This document shows, piece after piece, positions 19,099 to 28,826 of a stretch of DNA of 64,000 nt. Each line of letters opens with the position of its first letter. Position 1 is the first letter of the stretch. Below the pieces are notes generated by a model. It was given only the letters and a program-made list of their open reading frames with translations. It did not search any database and was not told the DNA's origin. The position numbers were made by a program, and so were the translations under genes. Origin of the DNA: Marine Group I thaumarchaeote (GTDB lineage Archaea > Thermoproteota > Nitrososphaeria > Nitrososphaerales > Nitrosopumilaceae); NCBI GenBank assembly GCA_044358425.1, contig CP054849.1, forward strand, positions 1,081,446 to 1,145,445, read 5' to 3'.

Positions 19099-20121
19099 AT
19101 GAGAAGAGGATTCATCACTAACAGGTTACGTTCAGGAAAGAAATCATTAGCAATACCTATAGAAAAAAAAATTGAAAAAATCCAAGGTAATGGATTCACA
19201 TGGATAGATTTACAAAATCCAGATAGAGAAGATGTTGAAAAATTAGCTCCAGATTACAACTTCAATGAATTAAACATCGAAGATTGTATGACAAAATTTG
19301 AACTTCCAAAACTTGATAGTTATGATGATCATTTCTTTGTAATTTTACAATTTCCACCACTTGCACGAAAAATTGGAATTTCAAAAAATAGTCAATTATC
19401 CATATTTGTTGGAAAAGATTTTCTAGTAACTGTACATCAAGGAGATCTCAAACCATTAGTCCAATTAGTACAAACATGTATTTCAGATTCTGATAAAGAA
19501 TTAAAAAATAGATTAGTAGGTGAGTCATCTGGAGATTTACTTCACGAAATTATAGATGCTCTAGTAGATGATCTTTTACACACATCAAGAAAAATTATTG
19601 CAAATTTAGATGAAATGGAGGATAATGTGTTTGATGAATCAAAACCAGTTGCTAGAAGTATTGCTTTACTTAGAAGGGAAATCAATAGATTAAGAAGAAT
19701 ATCAGTACCACTAAAGAGATTTGTGTTAGAAATTGCAAAAAATGTTAAAAGATTTTCAGATAATTCAGATGATGAGCTTGCCCTATATTTTGATGACGTA
19801 ATTGATCACATTGACAAAGTAATTGAAACATTAGAGGAATCAAGGGAAACAATGGAAATTTACAAAGATACAGATTTTGTATTAAGTAATGAAAAAACAA
19901 ACAAAGTTTTAGCTGTCTTAACAATGATTTTCACATTAGCCATTCCATCAACAGTGATTGGAACATTTTATGGAATGAATGTGAATCTACCAGGAGGAAT
20001 AGGAGAAAATGCAATGATTTTAGGCCCATTTACTACGTTCATACTAGTAATTCTTGCATCTGCAATACCTGCAATCTTGATGTTTATTTATTTCAAAAAA
20101 TTAGGCTGGATTAGTAGTTAG
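19099..20121 (+). CDS. corA: CorA family Mg2+/Co2+ transporter
   Basis: WIDL, FYGMN signature, two C-terminal TM helices. Confidence 0.93.
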   Translation: MRRGFITNRLRSGKKSLAIPIEKKIEKIQGNGFTWIDLQNPDREDVEKLAPDYNFNELNIEDCMTKFELPKLDSYDDHFFVILQFPPLARKIGISKNSQLSIFVGKDFLVTVHQGDLKPLVQLVQTCISDSDKELKNRLVGESSGDLLHEIIDALVDDLLHTSRKIIANLDEMEDNVFDESKPVARSIALLRREINRLRRISVPLKRFVLEIAKNVKRFSDNSDDELALYFDDVIDHIDKVIETLEESRETMEIYKDTDFVLSNEKTNKVLAVLTMIFTLAIPSTVIGTFYGMNVNLPGGIGENAMILGPFTTFILVILASAIPAILMFIYFKKLGWISS

Positions 20122-20132
20122 TAAAACAAATT

Positions 20133-20915
20133 CTAAATTTTTTCATGAAGATTTATTTCAATTTTTGTTAAAGAACGACTCAAATTATCAGGAATTAGAA
20201 TTAATAATCCAGAGTTTCCATCTATATTTTCACAAATTCCACTAAAACTGGTATAACTTTTTCCAAAACAACCATCATTTGTATAAAAATTAAATTTTTC
20301 AGATTTTAAATAATTATCAAATTGTTGTTTGGAGTCAACAAAATATACATCAAACCAAGAATGTTGATCATCAATAGAAATAGAATACTCGTAAGAGGTA
20401 ATTTTTTTATCAGAACAGATTGGAATGAATTGAGCATAGTAATTTGATTCAACTGAATTAACAGTTTTAACATTAGGTATAATTGAAACATAAGTATCAC
20501 TATTAAGTTTAGAACCTTGAATTAATTCAATTTGAGTTCTAGCTGAATCAATTGCATAACGATATGTCATTGGTTTCCAACTTGAATTACAATCACTGAA
20601 TTGATGTTTTAATTCAACATAACCTCGATTGTCTTGAAATTGTAAATTGTTAAAATTATAATTATCAAAATTAGAAACATTAGAGAAATCAGTAGAGTAA
20701 ACATGATCAGTAGAATTGGGATTAGACCAAACATTTGTTATTTCAAATAAAATATTTGCAGGAAAACTATTCCATTCTTCTTGAAAATGTACATAAATTG
20801 AATATTTGTTTATGTCTTGATCATAGGGAGATGCAAATAGTAGATGTCCATAAAATCCATTCAAAAGAAGTATTGCAAATGCAATAGCAGGTAAAATAAG
20901 AAATATTTTCCTCAT
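20133..20915 (-). CDS. Secreted or membrane-anchored hypothetical protein
   Basis: N-terminal hydrophobic signal, Asn/Ser-rich, four Cys. Confidence 0.7.
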   Translation of the reverse strand: MRKIFLILPAIAFAILLLNGFYGHLLFASPYDQDINKYSIYVHFQEEWNSFPANILFEITNVWSNPNSTDHVYSTDFSNVSNFDNYNFNNLQFQDNRGYVELKHQFSDCNSSWKPMTYRYAIDSARTQIELIQGSKLNSDTYVSIIPNVKTVNSVESNYYAQFIPICSDKKITSYEYSISIDDQHSWFDVYFVDSKQQFDNYLKSEKFNFYTNDGCFGKSYTSFSGICENIDGNSGLLILIPDNLSRSLTKIEINLHEKI

Positions 20916-21036
20916 AGTTTTTTTATTAAATTACAATAATTATACAATCGGGTACAAATCAATAATTATATGTTTAATGTATCATAATAAACTGAAATTA
21001 TGATATATTGTTTTTAGAACAAAAATATAGACATAT

Positions 21037-21045
21037 CTTATAAAA
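21037..21045 (+). promoter_or_regulatory. Putative TATA box for the 21071 gene
   Basis: cttataaaa about 26-34 nt upstream of the ATG, consistent with a leaderless archaeal transcript. Confidence 0.45.
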
Positions 21046-21070
21046 GCCCGTAGATGATTTTAGTAAAAAC

Positions 21071-21331
21071 ATGGTTAAAGTAAAAGTTAGAACAGGTAGA
21101 GGTACCGGAACTATAGAAGTTGATGTAGGCGATCTCAAATTCTCAGGTGAAGAATTTAAAAAAATTCAAGCTGAGAGAAAGAAAGCTGCAGGTAATAGAA
21201 CAGTCTCAACAGGTAGAGGTACTGGTAGAAGAAAACTTAAAGATACTCCAGAACCAAAAGCTAGACCTTCAACAAAAGGTAGTACAAGAAGTACTAGTAG
21301 AGGAACTAGTTCAAGAAAAGGTACAACATAA
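21071..21331 (+). CDS. Small basic protein with repeated TGRGTG motif
   Basis: 86 aa, about 23 K/R versus 8 D/E; ribosomal-protein-like codon bias; T-rich tract after the stop. Confidence 0.8.
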   Translation: MVKVKVRTGRGTGTIEVDVGDLKFSGEEFKKIQAERKKAAGNRTVSTGRGTGRRKLKDTPEPKARPSTKGSTRSTSRGTSSRKGTT

Positions 21332-21375
21332 ACTCCTTTTTGGATTTTATTTTTCTTATATTTTTCTATAATTGA

Positions 21376-22041
21376 TTAGATTTTAGTATCTGGATTTTTT
21401 TGTTTTAATTTTTCCCAATCTGCAAGGAAGTTATCTAAACCAATTTTTGTCAAAGGATGTTGAAGCATTTTATCTAGGACACCTGGAGGCAACGTAACTA
21501 CATCTGCACCAATTTTTGCTGCATCAATTACATGTAATGGATGACGAACACTGGCAACAAGAATTTGTGTTTCAAAAGTATAATTTGAAAAAATTTCTTT
21601 AATTTCTTTAATCAAATTCATTCCATCTTGACCTATATCATCTAATCTTCCAATAAATGGACTAACATATTTTGCACCAGATTTTGCTGCAAGTAAAGCC
21701 TGATTTGCAGAAAATATCAAAGTGACATTTACAGGAATCCCCTGTGATGAAAAAGATTTACATGCTTTTAGACCATCAGGAGTCATTGGAACTTTAACAA
21801 CAACATTGTCGCCGTATTCACGAAGACGTTTACCTTCTTCAAGCATTCCAGAATAATCAGTACTAACAACTTCTAAACTAACATCACCTTGAATAATTTT
21901 TGTAATTTCTTCCATTGCGTCTTTAGGATTGCCACCTTCCTTTGACATTAAAGAAGGATTAGTTGTAATTCCATCTAACAAACCCATATCATTGAATTTT
22001 TTTATGGATTCCAAATTAGCAGTATCAAGAAAAATTTTCAT
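21376..22041 (-). CDS. tal: Transaldolase (TalC/FSA family)
   Basis: IFLDTAN, GITTNPSL, VVKVP, YVSPFIGRLDD motifs. Confidence 0.94.
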   Translation of the reverse strand: MKIFLDTANLESIKKFNDMGLLDGITTNPSLMSKEGGNPKDAMEEITKIIQGDVSLEVVSTDYSGMLEEGKRLREYGDNVVVKVPMTPDGLKACKSFSSQGIPVNVTLIFSANQALLAAKSGAKYVSPFIGRLDDIGQDGMNLIKEIKEIFSNYTFETQILVASVRHPLHVIDAAKIGADVVTLPPGVLDKMLQHPLTKIGLDNFLADWEKLKQKNPDTKI

Positions 22042-23012
22042 ATTTTTTTACTCCTTAGTTCTTTAGCTTGTTTTGCCATATTAAAAGATGTAATCCCATG
22101 TTTTTCTAAAAGTAATGGAATTTCAGCATCACGTGCAGATTCTCCAAACATGTCCTGGGCTCCAATTCTTTTAATAGGAACAGGGTAAGATTCAGAAACA
22201 GATTCTGCTACTGCTGAACCCATTCCACCAAGAATATTATGTTCTTCAGTTGTAACTATACACCCAGTTTCTCTTGCGGCTTTTTCCAAAATTTCCCCAT
22301 CAATAGGCTTGATTGAAAACATATCTAAAACTCGACAAGAAATCCCATCTTCTTGTAACATCTCAGCAGCTTCTAATGCCATTCTAACAGTTATTCCACA
22401 TGCAGCAATTGTACAATCAGAACCATCTCTAACAGTTATTCCTTTACCAATTTTGAATTCTTGTGATTCTGAATGAACTAAAGGAGTTTTTGATCTTGCC
22501 ATTCTCATGTAAAATGGTCCATATTCAGATGCCATCAAATTAGTTAATTTTGAAACAGCAATTGTATCAGCAGGAATAAAAACACGAAAGTTTGGAATAA
22601 CCCTCATTATTGCAATGTCTTCAATTTGTTGATGTGACCCTCCATCAGGTCCAACAGACAAACCCCCATGCGATGTAACCAATTTTACATTAAGTCCTTT
22701 TTTTCCTGGAGGTGAAGGATATGCAATGTTATTTCTAATTTGATCAACAGCTCTTCCAGGTAAAAAAATTGCATAGGTACTTGCAAAAGAAACTTTTCCA
22801 GATACAGCCAATCCGGCAGACATTGTAACTAAATTTGCTTCAGCAATACCAACATTGAAAAATCTGTCAGGAAATTGTTTTCCAAATCCAGAAGTTTTTA
22901 ATGAATCAGTTGTATCAGCTCCTAAAACAACAACATTTGAATTTTCATGTCCAACTTGAATTAATGACTTTGAGTATTCTGAACGCATATCAGTCATTAT
23001 GGGGTCATTCAT
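22038..23012 (-). CDS. Transketolase C-terminal subunit
   Basis: FFNVGIAEAN, GPDGGSHQ, EEH motifs. Confidence 0.93.
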   Translation of the reverse strand: MNDPIMTDMRSEYSKSLIQVGHENSNVVVLGADTTDSLKTSGFGKQFPDRFFNVGIAEANLVTMSAGLAVSGKVSFASTYAIFLPGRAVDQIRNNIAYPSPPGKKGLNVKLVTSHGGLSVGPDGGSHQQIEDIAIMRVIPNFRVFIPADTIAVSKLTNLMASEYGPFYMRMARSKTPLVHSESQEFKIGKGITVRDGSDCTIAACGITVRMALEAAEMLQEDGISCRVLDMFSIKPIDGEILEKAARETGCIVTTEEHNILGGMGSAVAESVSESYPVPIKRIGAQDMFGESARDAEIPLLLEKHGITSFNMAKQAKELRSKKI

Positions 23013-24676
23013 AGATATCCTGCCTCCTTTGCAATTTTTTTAATTTCTTCTTGTTTTGCACCAATAACATGCAATCCAATCCACTTGTTCACTAAATCTG
23101 AACCACCCAATTGATTTGCTTTATCAAGTAACATTCTTCTCCTTGATTTTAAAACTGCATTTCTAAAATCTTTGATTGCAGCTCTAACATCTTGCTGTCC
23201 AATAATTGCACCACCACCAACAAAAGCACGTGCACCATCTGCAAATACAGAACCTATATTTTCAATATTCACACCTCCATCAGCCTCGATGCAACCTGAA
23301 AAATTGTGTTCATTAAGAATAGAATTCAACCTAGCCATTTTAGAATGAGTTTCTTCAATGTATTTTTGACCAGATTTTCCAGGAACAACAGACATGACAA
23401 TTAGTTGATCCAATGTTGACAAAAATTTGTAAGACCATTCAGGTAATTCAGTATCGGGGTTTATAGCAAAACCAACACCAACTTGATTTTGTTTTAAAGT
23501 ATCATGAATCTCTCCAAAACTAGATTCATCAGTTACTTCAGCATGGACTGTGACGATATCACTACCAGCATCTATGTAATCCTTCACATGTTTTACAGGA
23601 TCATTTATCATAAGATGTGTATCAAATGGAATAACAGTTAATGGTCGAAGTTCTTTAATTTTATTATGATCAAAAGTTTTTGTTGGAACAAATTGACCAT
23701 CCATGACATCAAGATGAATTAAATCAGATCTTCCAGTTACACATCTCTTAACTTCATTTTCTAAATTAGACATGTCACCTGCAATAATTGAAGGAGCAAT
23801 CAAAAATTGAGAATCTAATTCAGAATTAATTATAGGAACAACATCAGAATCTGGAGCTTTGCCATGCCATTGAGGATTATCTTCCATGTGTTCCAAAGAT
23901 TTACCCTTGATAGTTCTACAAATAATAATTGTAGGAACTCCTTTAGTTGCATTTGCTTTTGTTATTGCTGCATCAATTTGTTCAACTCTATGTCCATCGA
24001 TTTCAAGAACATTCCAACCAAATGATCTCCATTTATCACCAATCTTCCATCGTGATGCATCTTTCCACATTTCTGTAATATCATCACTCTCTAATTTTTC
24101 ATCTAATGGCATTATTTTTTCAGTGTAAGAGTCCTGTTGAATAAAATTTCTATCAATAAAAGCAGTTAGATTATCAACTTTGTATTTTGAAGCTGTCATT
24201 GCAGCTTCCCAAACTTGGCCTTCATCAGATTCACCATCACCAATTATCGTATACACATGATGATCTTTAGAATCAATTTTTGCAGCAAGTGCAATTCCAA
24301 CAGAATAAGATAATCCCGTACCAAGTGAGCCTCCACAAAATTCAACACCAGGACATTTCAAATCTGGATGACCCTGTAATTTACTGCCAAATTTTCGTAA
24401 AGTTTCAATTTCAGATTCAGGAAAATATCCAGATACTGCCATATTAGAAAATAATCCTGGTGCAGCGTGACCTTTTGATAATACTAATCTATCACGATCT
24501 TCCCATTGAGGATTTTGAGGGTCAAATTTCAAATGTTTGTTAAATAAACAACCCAAAATTTCAGCCATTGAAAATGAGCCACCTGGATGTCCAGAACCCG
24601 CTGCATTAGTTGCCTTTATTACTAATTTACGAGCTCTTAGAATATTTTTTTTAATTTGATAATAATTAAGGCCCAT
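23009..24676 (-). CDS. Fusion of transketolase N-terminal subunit and ribulose-phosphate 3-epimerase
   Basis: SGHPGGS, LSKGHA, GDGE..EG TPP motif followed by APSII, HLDVMDGQFV, DTHLM, MSVVPGKSGQ, ADGGVN. Confidence 0.92.
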   Translation of the reverse strand: MGLNYYQIKKNILRARKLVIKATNAAGSGHPGGSFSMAEILGCLFNKHLKFDPQNPQWEDRDRLVLSKGHAAPGLFSNMAVSGYFPESEIETLRKFGSKLQGHPDLKCPGVEFCGGSLGTGLSYSVGIALAAKIDSKDHHVYTIIGDGESDEGQVWEAAMTASKYKVDNLTAFIDRNFIQQDSYTEKIMPLDEKLESDDITEMWKDASRWKIGDKWRSFGWNVLEIDGHRVEQIDAAITKANATKGVPTIIICRTIKGKSLEHMEDNPQWHGKAPDSDVVPIINSELDSQFLIAPSIIAGDMSNLENEVKRCVTGRSDLIHLDVMDGQFVPTKTFDHNKIKELRPLTVIPFDTHLMINDPVKHVKDYIDAGSDIVTVHAEVTDESSFGEIHDTLKQNQVGVGFAINPDTELPEWSYKFLSTLDQLIVMSVVPGKSGQKYIEETHSKMARLNSILNEHNFSGCIEADGGVNIENIGSVFADGARAFVGGGAIIGQQDVRAAIKDFRNAVLKSRRRMLLDKANQLGGSDLVNKWIGLHVIGAKQEEIKKIAKEAGYL

Positions 24677-24751
24677 CTGGATCGTTTCTTCATAAATTGA
24701 ATAAAAATCTACTTCTGCAATATTTTAATTTGATCGCAATTTAATGTAGAT

Positions 24752-25141
24752 ATGGAAATTAAAGATGAAATTCCAATTGTACTTTTTGATGATCAATGTT
24801 ATGTTTGTATAAAATTTGCAACAATTGTAAATTTTTTTTCAAGAGGAAAGATTACAATGGTAGGACATTATTCTAATTTTGGAGAAAAAATAAGAAAAGA
24901 AATTTTAGATGATTCAGCATTAGAGATGTTTTGGTTTATTGATGAAAAAATTGCAAGTGGAGGAAGAGCAGCATTATTCCCATTAATCAAAGCAATTTTT
25001 TCTACTAAATCAAGAAAAACAAAATTTGTTCAAATGGATAATATTTGTAGTGATGAATGTAAGAGTGCTAAAGCAGTATTTGTTAGATCATTTACATTAA
25101 TTACAAATAGTAAAAAATTAGCATATAGAAAATCTAAATAA
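24752..25141 (+). CDS. DCC1-like thiol-disulfide oxidoreductase family protein
   Basis: N-terminal VLFDDQCYVC (DxxCxxC) motif. Confidence 0.72.
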   Translation: MEIKDEIPIVLFDDQCYVCIKFATIVNFFSRGKITMVGHYSNFGEKIRKEILDDSALEMFWFIDEKIASGGRAALFPLIKAIFSTKSRKTKFVQMDNICSDECKSAKAVFVRSFTLITNSKKLAYRKSK

Positions 25142-25163
25142 TGCTTTAAAAACAGGATGTATA

Positions 25164-26639
25164 ATGAAGATAAAAATAGACAGTTCTGCAAAAAGAAAAA
25201 CAGAACTTCTATGTGGATTTGTTTTAGAAGATTCGAATAAAGTTTTAGGATTACCAAAAGTTGATTCTAAGACAACATCATCAATAAATCAATCATTAAA
25301 AGATATGAATGGTAAACTTGGAAAATTAACAATTATTCCAATTCCAGGAAAAAAACAGGCTCAAAGAATTCTTCTTGCAGGTATTGGAAAAAAAGAAAAC
25401 ATTACAAACGATACAATAAGATTTGTTTCAGGTAAAATTGCACAAACTGCAAGAGAATTAAAATTAAAAGAATTTTCAATCATAGTCCCACCAACTTTTG
25501 TAAATGATTCAGTTTCATCAATTTCCCAAATTGTGGAAGGTACAAAAATGTCATTATACAAATTTGATAAATTTAAAGCTGAAAAAGTAGATAAATCACC
25601 AGACATGACAATCATAGTTTCTAAATCAAGTAAAATTTCAAAAGCAATCAAAATTGCTGAGTCTGTTGCAGATGGCGCGATATTTACAAAGAGTATTGCA
25701 AATTTACCTCCAAACGAATGCACTCCTACAACATTAGCAAATTTTGCTAAAAATATTTCAAAAAAGAATAAAATGAAATGTACTATAATTTCGCAACCAG
25801 AATTAAAGAAAAAAGGTTTTGGTGGAATTACAGCAGTAGGTAAAGGAAGTAAGAATGAACCAAAATTAATTACAATGGAGCATAACAATGGCCCTAAGAA
25901 TCAAAAACCAATTGTATTAGTTGGAAAAGCAGTGACATTTGATACTGGTGGAATTTCATTAAAACCTGGTCAAAGTATGGATGAAATGAAATTTGACAAA
26001 TGTGGAGGATGTACAGTATTAGGAATAATGAAATCAGTTTCAGAATTAAAATTGCCAATTAACGTAGTGGGAATTATTCCTTCAGTAGAAAACATGCCAG
26101 GAGGAGAAGCATATAGACCTGGAGACATAATAAAACTATACAATGGAAAAACTGCAGAAATTCTAAATACAGATGCAGAAGGCAGGCTTATTTTAGCAGA
26201 TGCATTAGCTTATGGTGAAAAACAATATTCGCCAAAGGCAATAATTGATTTTGCAACTTTAACAGGTGCATGTATCATAGCTCTTGGAAATAATGTAGCT
26301 GCAATTGTTTCAAATAATGAACAATTAACAGAAAAAATTACAACATCGTCTAAAACAACAACAGAAGAAATTTGGGAGTTACCATTAACACAGGACTATA
26401 TGGATATGATAAAATCAGATGTTGCAGATATAAGAAATATTGGAATTGGAAAAGCTGCTGGAACTATAACAGCTGCTGCATTTTTGAAAAGTGCAATTAA
26501 AGATACACCATGGGCACATCTGGATATTGCAGGTGTTGCTTGGACTCAAGGAGCAGCAACAAAAGATAAGCCATACAATCCAAAAGGTGCAACAGGATTT
26601 GGCGTTAGATTGATTTTAGACTATTTACAGAAATTATAA
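25164..26639 (+). CDS. pepA: Leucyl aminopeptidase (M17)
   Basis: GKAVTFDTGG, MKFD, NTDAEGRL, ATLTGA motifs. Confidence 0.95.
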   Translation: MKIKIDSSAKRKTELLCGFVLEDSNKVLGLPKVDSKTTSSINQSLKDMNGKLGKLTIIPIPGKKQAQRILLAGIGKKENITNDTIRFVSGKIAQTARELKLKEFSIIVPPTFVNDSVSSISQIVEGTKMSLYKFDKFKAEKVDKSPDMTIIVSKSSKISKAIKIAESVADGAIFTKSIANLPPNECTPTTLANFAKNISKKNKMKCTIISQPELKKKGFGGITAVGKGSKNEPKLITMEHNNGPKNQKPIVLVGKAVTFDTGGISLKPGQSMDEMKFDKCGGCTVLGIMKSVSELKLPINVVGIIPSVENMPGGEAYRPGDIIKLYNGKTAEILNTDAEGRLILADALAYGEKQYSPKAIIDFATLTGACIIALGNNVAAIVSNNEQLTEKITTSSKTTTEEIWELPLTQDYMDMIKSDVADIRNIGIGKAAGTITAAAFLKSAIKDTPWAHLDIAGVAWTQGAATKDKPYNPKGATGFGVRLILDYLQKL

Positions 26640-26641
26640 AA

Positions 26642-26770
26642 TTAGTAGCCTCTACTATTTCTATCAGGAGTTCCAACATTTGGATTTCTCCAACCGTGTT
26701 TTTCCATCATATGATTTAGTAATCGAATGTCATTATCACATTTTTCTCCACAGACACTACAGTTTGGCAT
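26642..26770 (-). CDS. Single C2H2 zinc-finger micro-protein (42 aa); not in ORF track
   Basis: Hand translation MPNCSVCGEKCDNDIRLLNHMMEKHGWRNPNVGTPDRNSRGY*, matching C-x2-C-x12-H-x4-H. Confidence 0.75.
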   Translation of the reverse strand: MPNCSVCGEKCDNDIRLLNHMMEKHGWRNPNVGTPDRNSRGY

Positions 26771-26826
26771 TGAAATCAATTCAATCAGATAACATGGATA
26801 TTAAAAGATTGATTGAAAAGTAGAAA

Positions 26827-26943
26827 ATGCCAGCACTGTTGCTTCCCAAGAGCTCTCGCATCTTAGTAGCACAACAGCGACATCAGGTTTGACTTCTAAG
26901 TTCGGAACGGGATTAGGTCGCACCCTGACGCTATGGCCGGCTT
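26827..26943 (-). rRNA. rrf: 5S ribosomal RNA (stand-alone; ends approximate)
   Basis: Reverse complement GCCGGCCATAGCG...CCCGTTCCGAAC...GAAGTCAA...GGGAA...GCTGGC; ~117 nt GC-rich island with complementary ends. Confidence 0.93.
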
Positions 26944-27038
26944 GAAAATTATTCCATAATTCTAATGTATTAAGGTAACGACAGATTTGAAATCAACTCA
27001 AAATAGGTATAAAGCAAAGAAAATATCGAATTACAACT

Positions 27039-28826
27039 ATGACACATAGAGTTGCAGTATTGGATCAAGATCTATGTCAGCCACAAAAATGTGGCCTAGA
27101 ATGTATAAAATATTGCCCAGTTAACAAATCAGGCGCAGAATGTGTAACGATTCATGAAGAATCAAAAAAGGCACAAATTGATGAGGATATTTGTAATGGT
27201 TGTGGAATATGTGTTAAAGTATGTCCGTTTGATGCAATAACAATTGTGAATTTAGCAAGCGAATTAGCTACCGATAAAATTCATCAATATGGAACAAATT
27301 CTTTTAGATTATACAAATTACCTACTCCAAGAAAAGGAGAAGTTGTTGGGCTATTAGGCAGAAATGGAATGGGGAAAAGTACAGTTGTCAATATACTTTC
27401 AGGAAAACTAAAACCAAATCTTGGAAGATATGAAAATCCACCAGAATGGGATGAAATTTTTAAACATTATAGCGGAACAGAGTTAAAACAACATTTTCAA
27501 AAAATTGAACAAAATCAAATTCGCGCATCAATTAAACCACAACAAATTCATCATCTTGCAGAAGCATTTGATGGTACAGGAAATGAATTACTTGACAAAT
27601 ATGATGAAAGAGGAGTTTCTAGAGAATTAGTTAGAGAATTGGGATTGCAAAATTCAATGGAACAAAGTTTGAAAGAACTTAGTGGGGGAGAATTACAAAG
27701 AATTGCAGTAGCTGCTGCTGCATCAAAAGATACAGAATTTTACTTTTTTGATGAACCATCATCTTACAACGATGTATTTCAAAGAACAGGTGTTGCAAGA
27801 GTAATTCAAGGATTAGCTAAAATTGGAAAAAGTGTAATGGTTGTAGAACATGATTTAACATTATTAGATTTCCTCAGTGACTATATCGAGGTATTATATG
27901 GTGAACCAGCAGCGTATGGAATTGTTTCAAATATTTTATCAACCAAAATAGGAATCAATGTTTTTCTTGACGGATATCTTCCAAATGAAAATGTCAGGTT
28001 TAGGGAGAAAAAATTCTCCATGGACGTATCATCATCTTCAACAGATATTTTTCAAGAAGATACAGAAATAGTAAATTATCCAAAATTAGAAAAGAAATTT
28101 GATTCATTTTCAGTATCCATTGAGCCTGGAAGAGTAAGAAAAGGAGAAGTTTTGGGAATTATGGGAGCAAATGCTCTTGGAAAAACAACAATGATGAAAA
28201 TGATTGCAGGGGTTCAAAAACCAGATGTAGGTTCTGTTGATAAAAAGATCAAAATTGCATACAAACCACAATATCTACAAAATGATATTGATGTGGAAGT
28301 AATTGCACTTTTAGAAAAAGCAAATGGAGGACCAATTGAGGGAAGTCAAGAAGAAGAACAAATTCTAGATCCTTTAAAAATTAAAAAATTATACAACAAA
28401 TCAGTTAAAAATCTCTCAGGAGGAGAACTTCAAAAAATTGCTGTGGCATCATGTCTAATTCAAAAAGTAGATTTGTACGCACTAGATGAACCTTCAGCAT
28501 TTTTAGATGTAGAAGATCGAATTGCAGTTGCAAAATTTTTGCAGAAATTTGTTCGTTCATTTGGAAAATCAGCAATAATTATTGATCACGATTTGCAATT
28601 AATGGATTTGATGTCAGATTCTATGATAATTTTTGAAGGTGAATCAGGAAAAGCAGGAACTGCAACATCACCACTTCCAAAATCAGAAGCAATGAACAGA
28701 TTTCTAAAATCATTAGACATGTCATTTCGAAGAGATGAAAAAAGTTTGAGACCAAGAGTTAATAAAATAGAAAGTAGGTTAGACAAAGATCAAAAGGCAT
28801 CAGGAAACTTTTATTACAAACATTGA
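27039..28826 (+). CDS. rli: Ribosome recycling ATPase ABCE1/Rli1
   Basis: N-terminal 2x[4Fe-4S] Cys motifs plus two ABC domains (GRNGMGKS, LSGGE, GANALGKT). Confidence 0.96.
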   Translation: MTHRVAVLDQDLCQPQKCGLECIKYCPVNKSGAECVTIHEESKKAQIDEDICNGCGICVKVCPFDAITIVNLASELATDKIHQYGTNSFRLYKLPTPRKGEVVGLLGRNGMGKSTVVNILSGKLKPNLGRYENPPEWDEIFKHYSGTELKQHFQKIEQNQIRASIKPQQIHHLAEAFDGTGNELLDKYDERGVSRELVRELGLQNSMEQSLKELSGGELQRIAVAAAASKDTEFYFFDEPSSYNDVFQRTGVARVIQGLAKIGKSVMVVEHDLTLLDFLSDYIEVLYGEPAAYGIVSNILSTKIGINVFLDGYLPNENVRFREKKFSMDVSSSSTDIFQEDTEIVNYPKLEKKFDSFSVSIEPGRVRKGEVLGIMGANALGKTTMMKMIAGVQKPDVGSVDKKIKIAYKPQYLQNDIDVEVIALLEKANGGPIEGSQEEEQILDPLKIKKLYNKSVKNLSGGELQKIAVASCLIQKVDLYALDEPSAFLDVEDRIAVAKFLQKFVRSFGKSAIIIDHDLQLMDLMSDSMIIFEGESGKAGTATSPLPKSEAMNRFLKSLDMSFRRDEKSLRPRVNKIESRLDKDQKASGNFYYKH

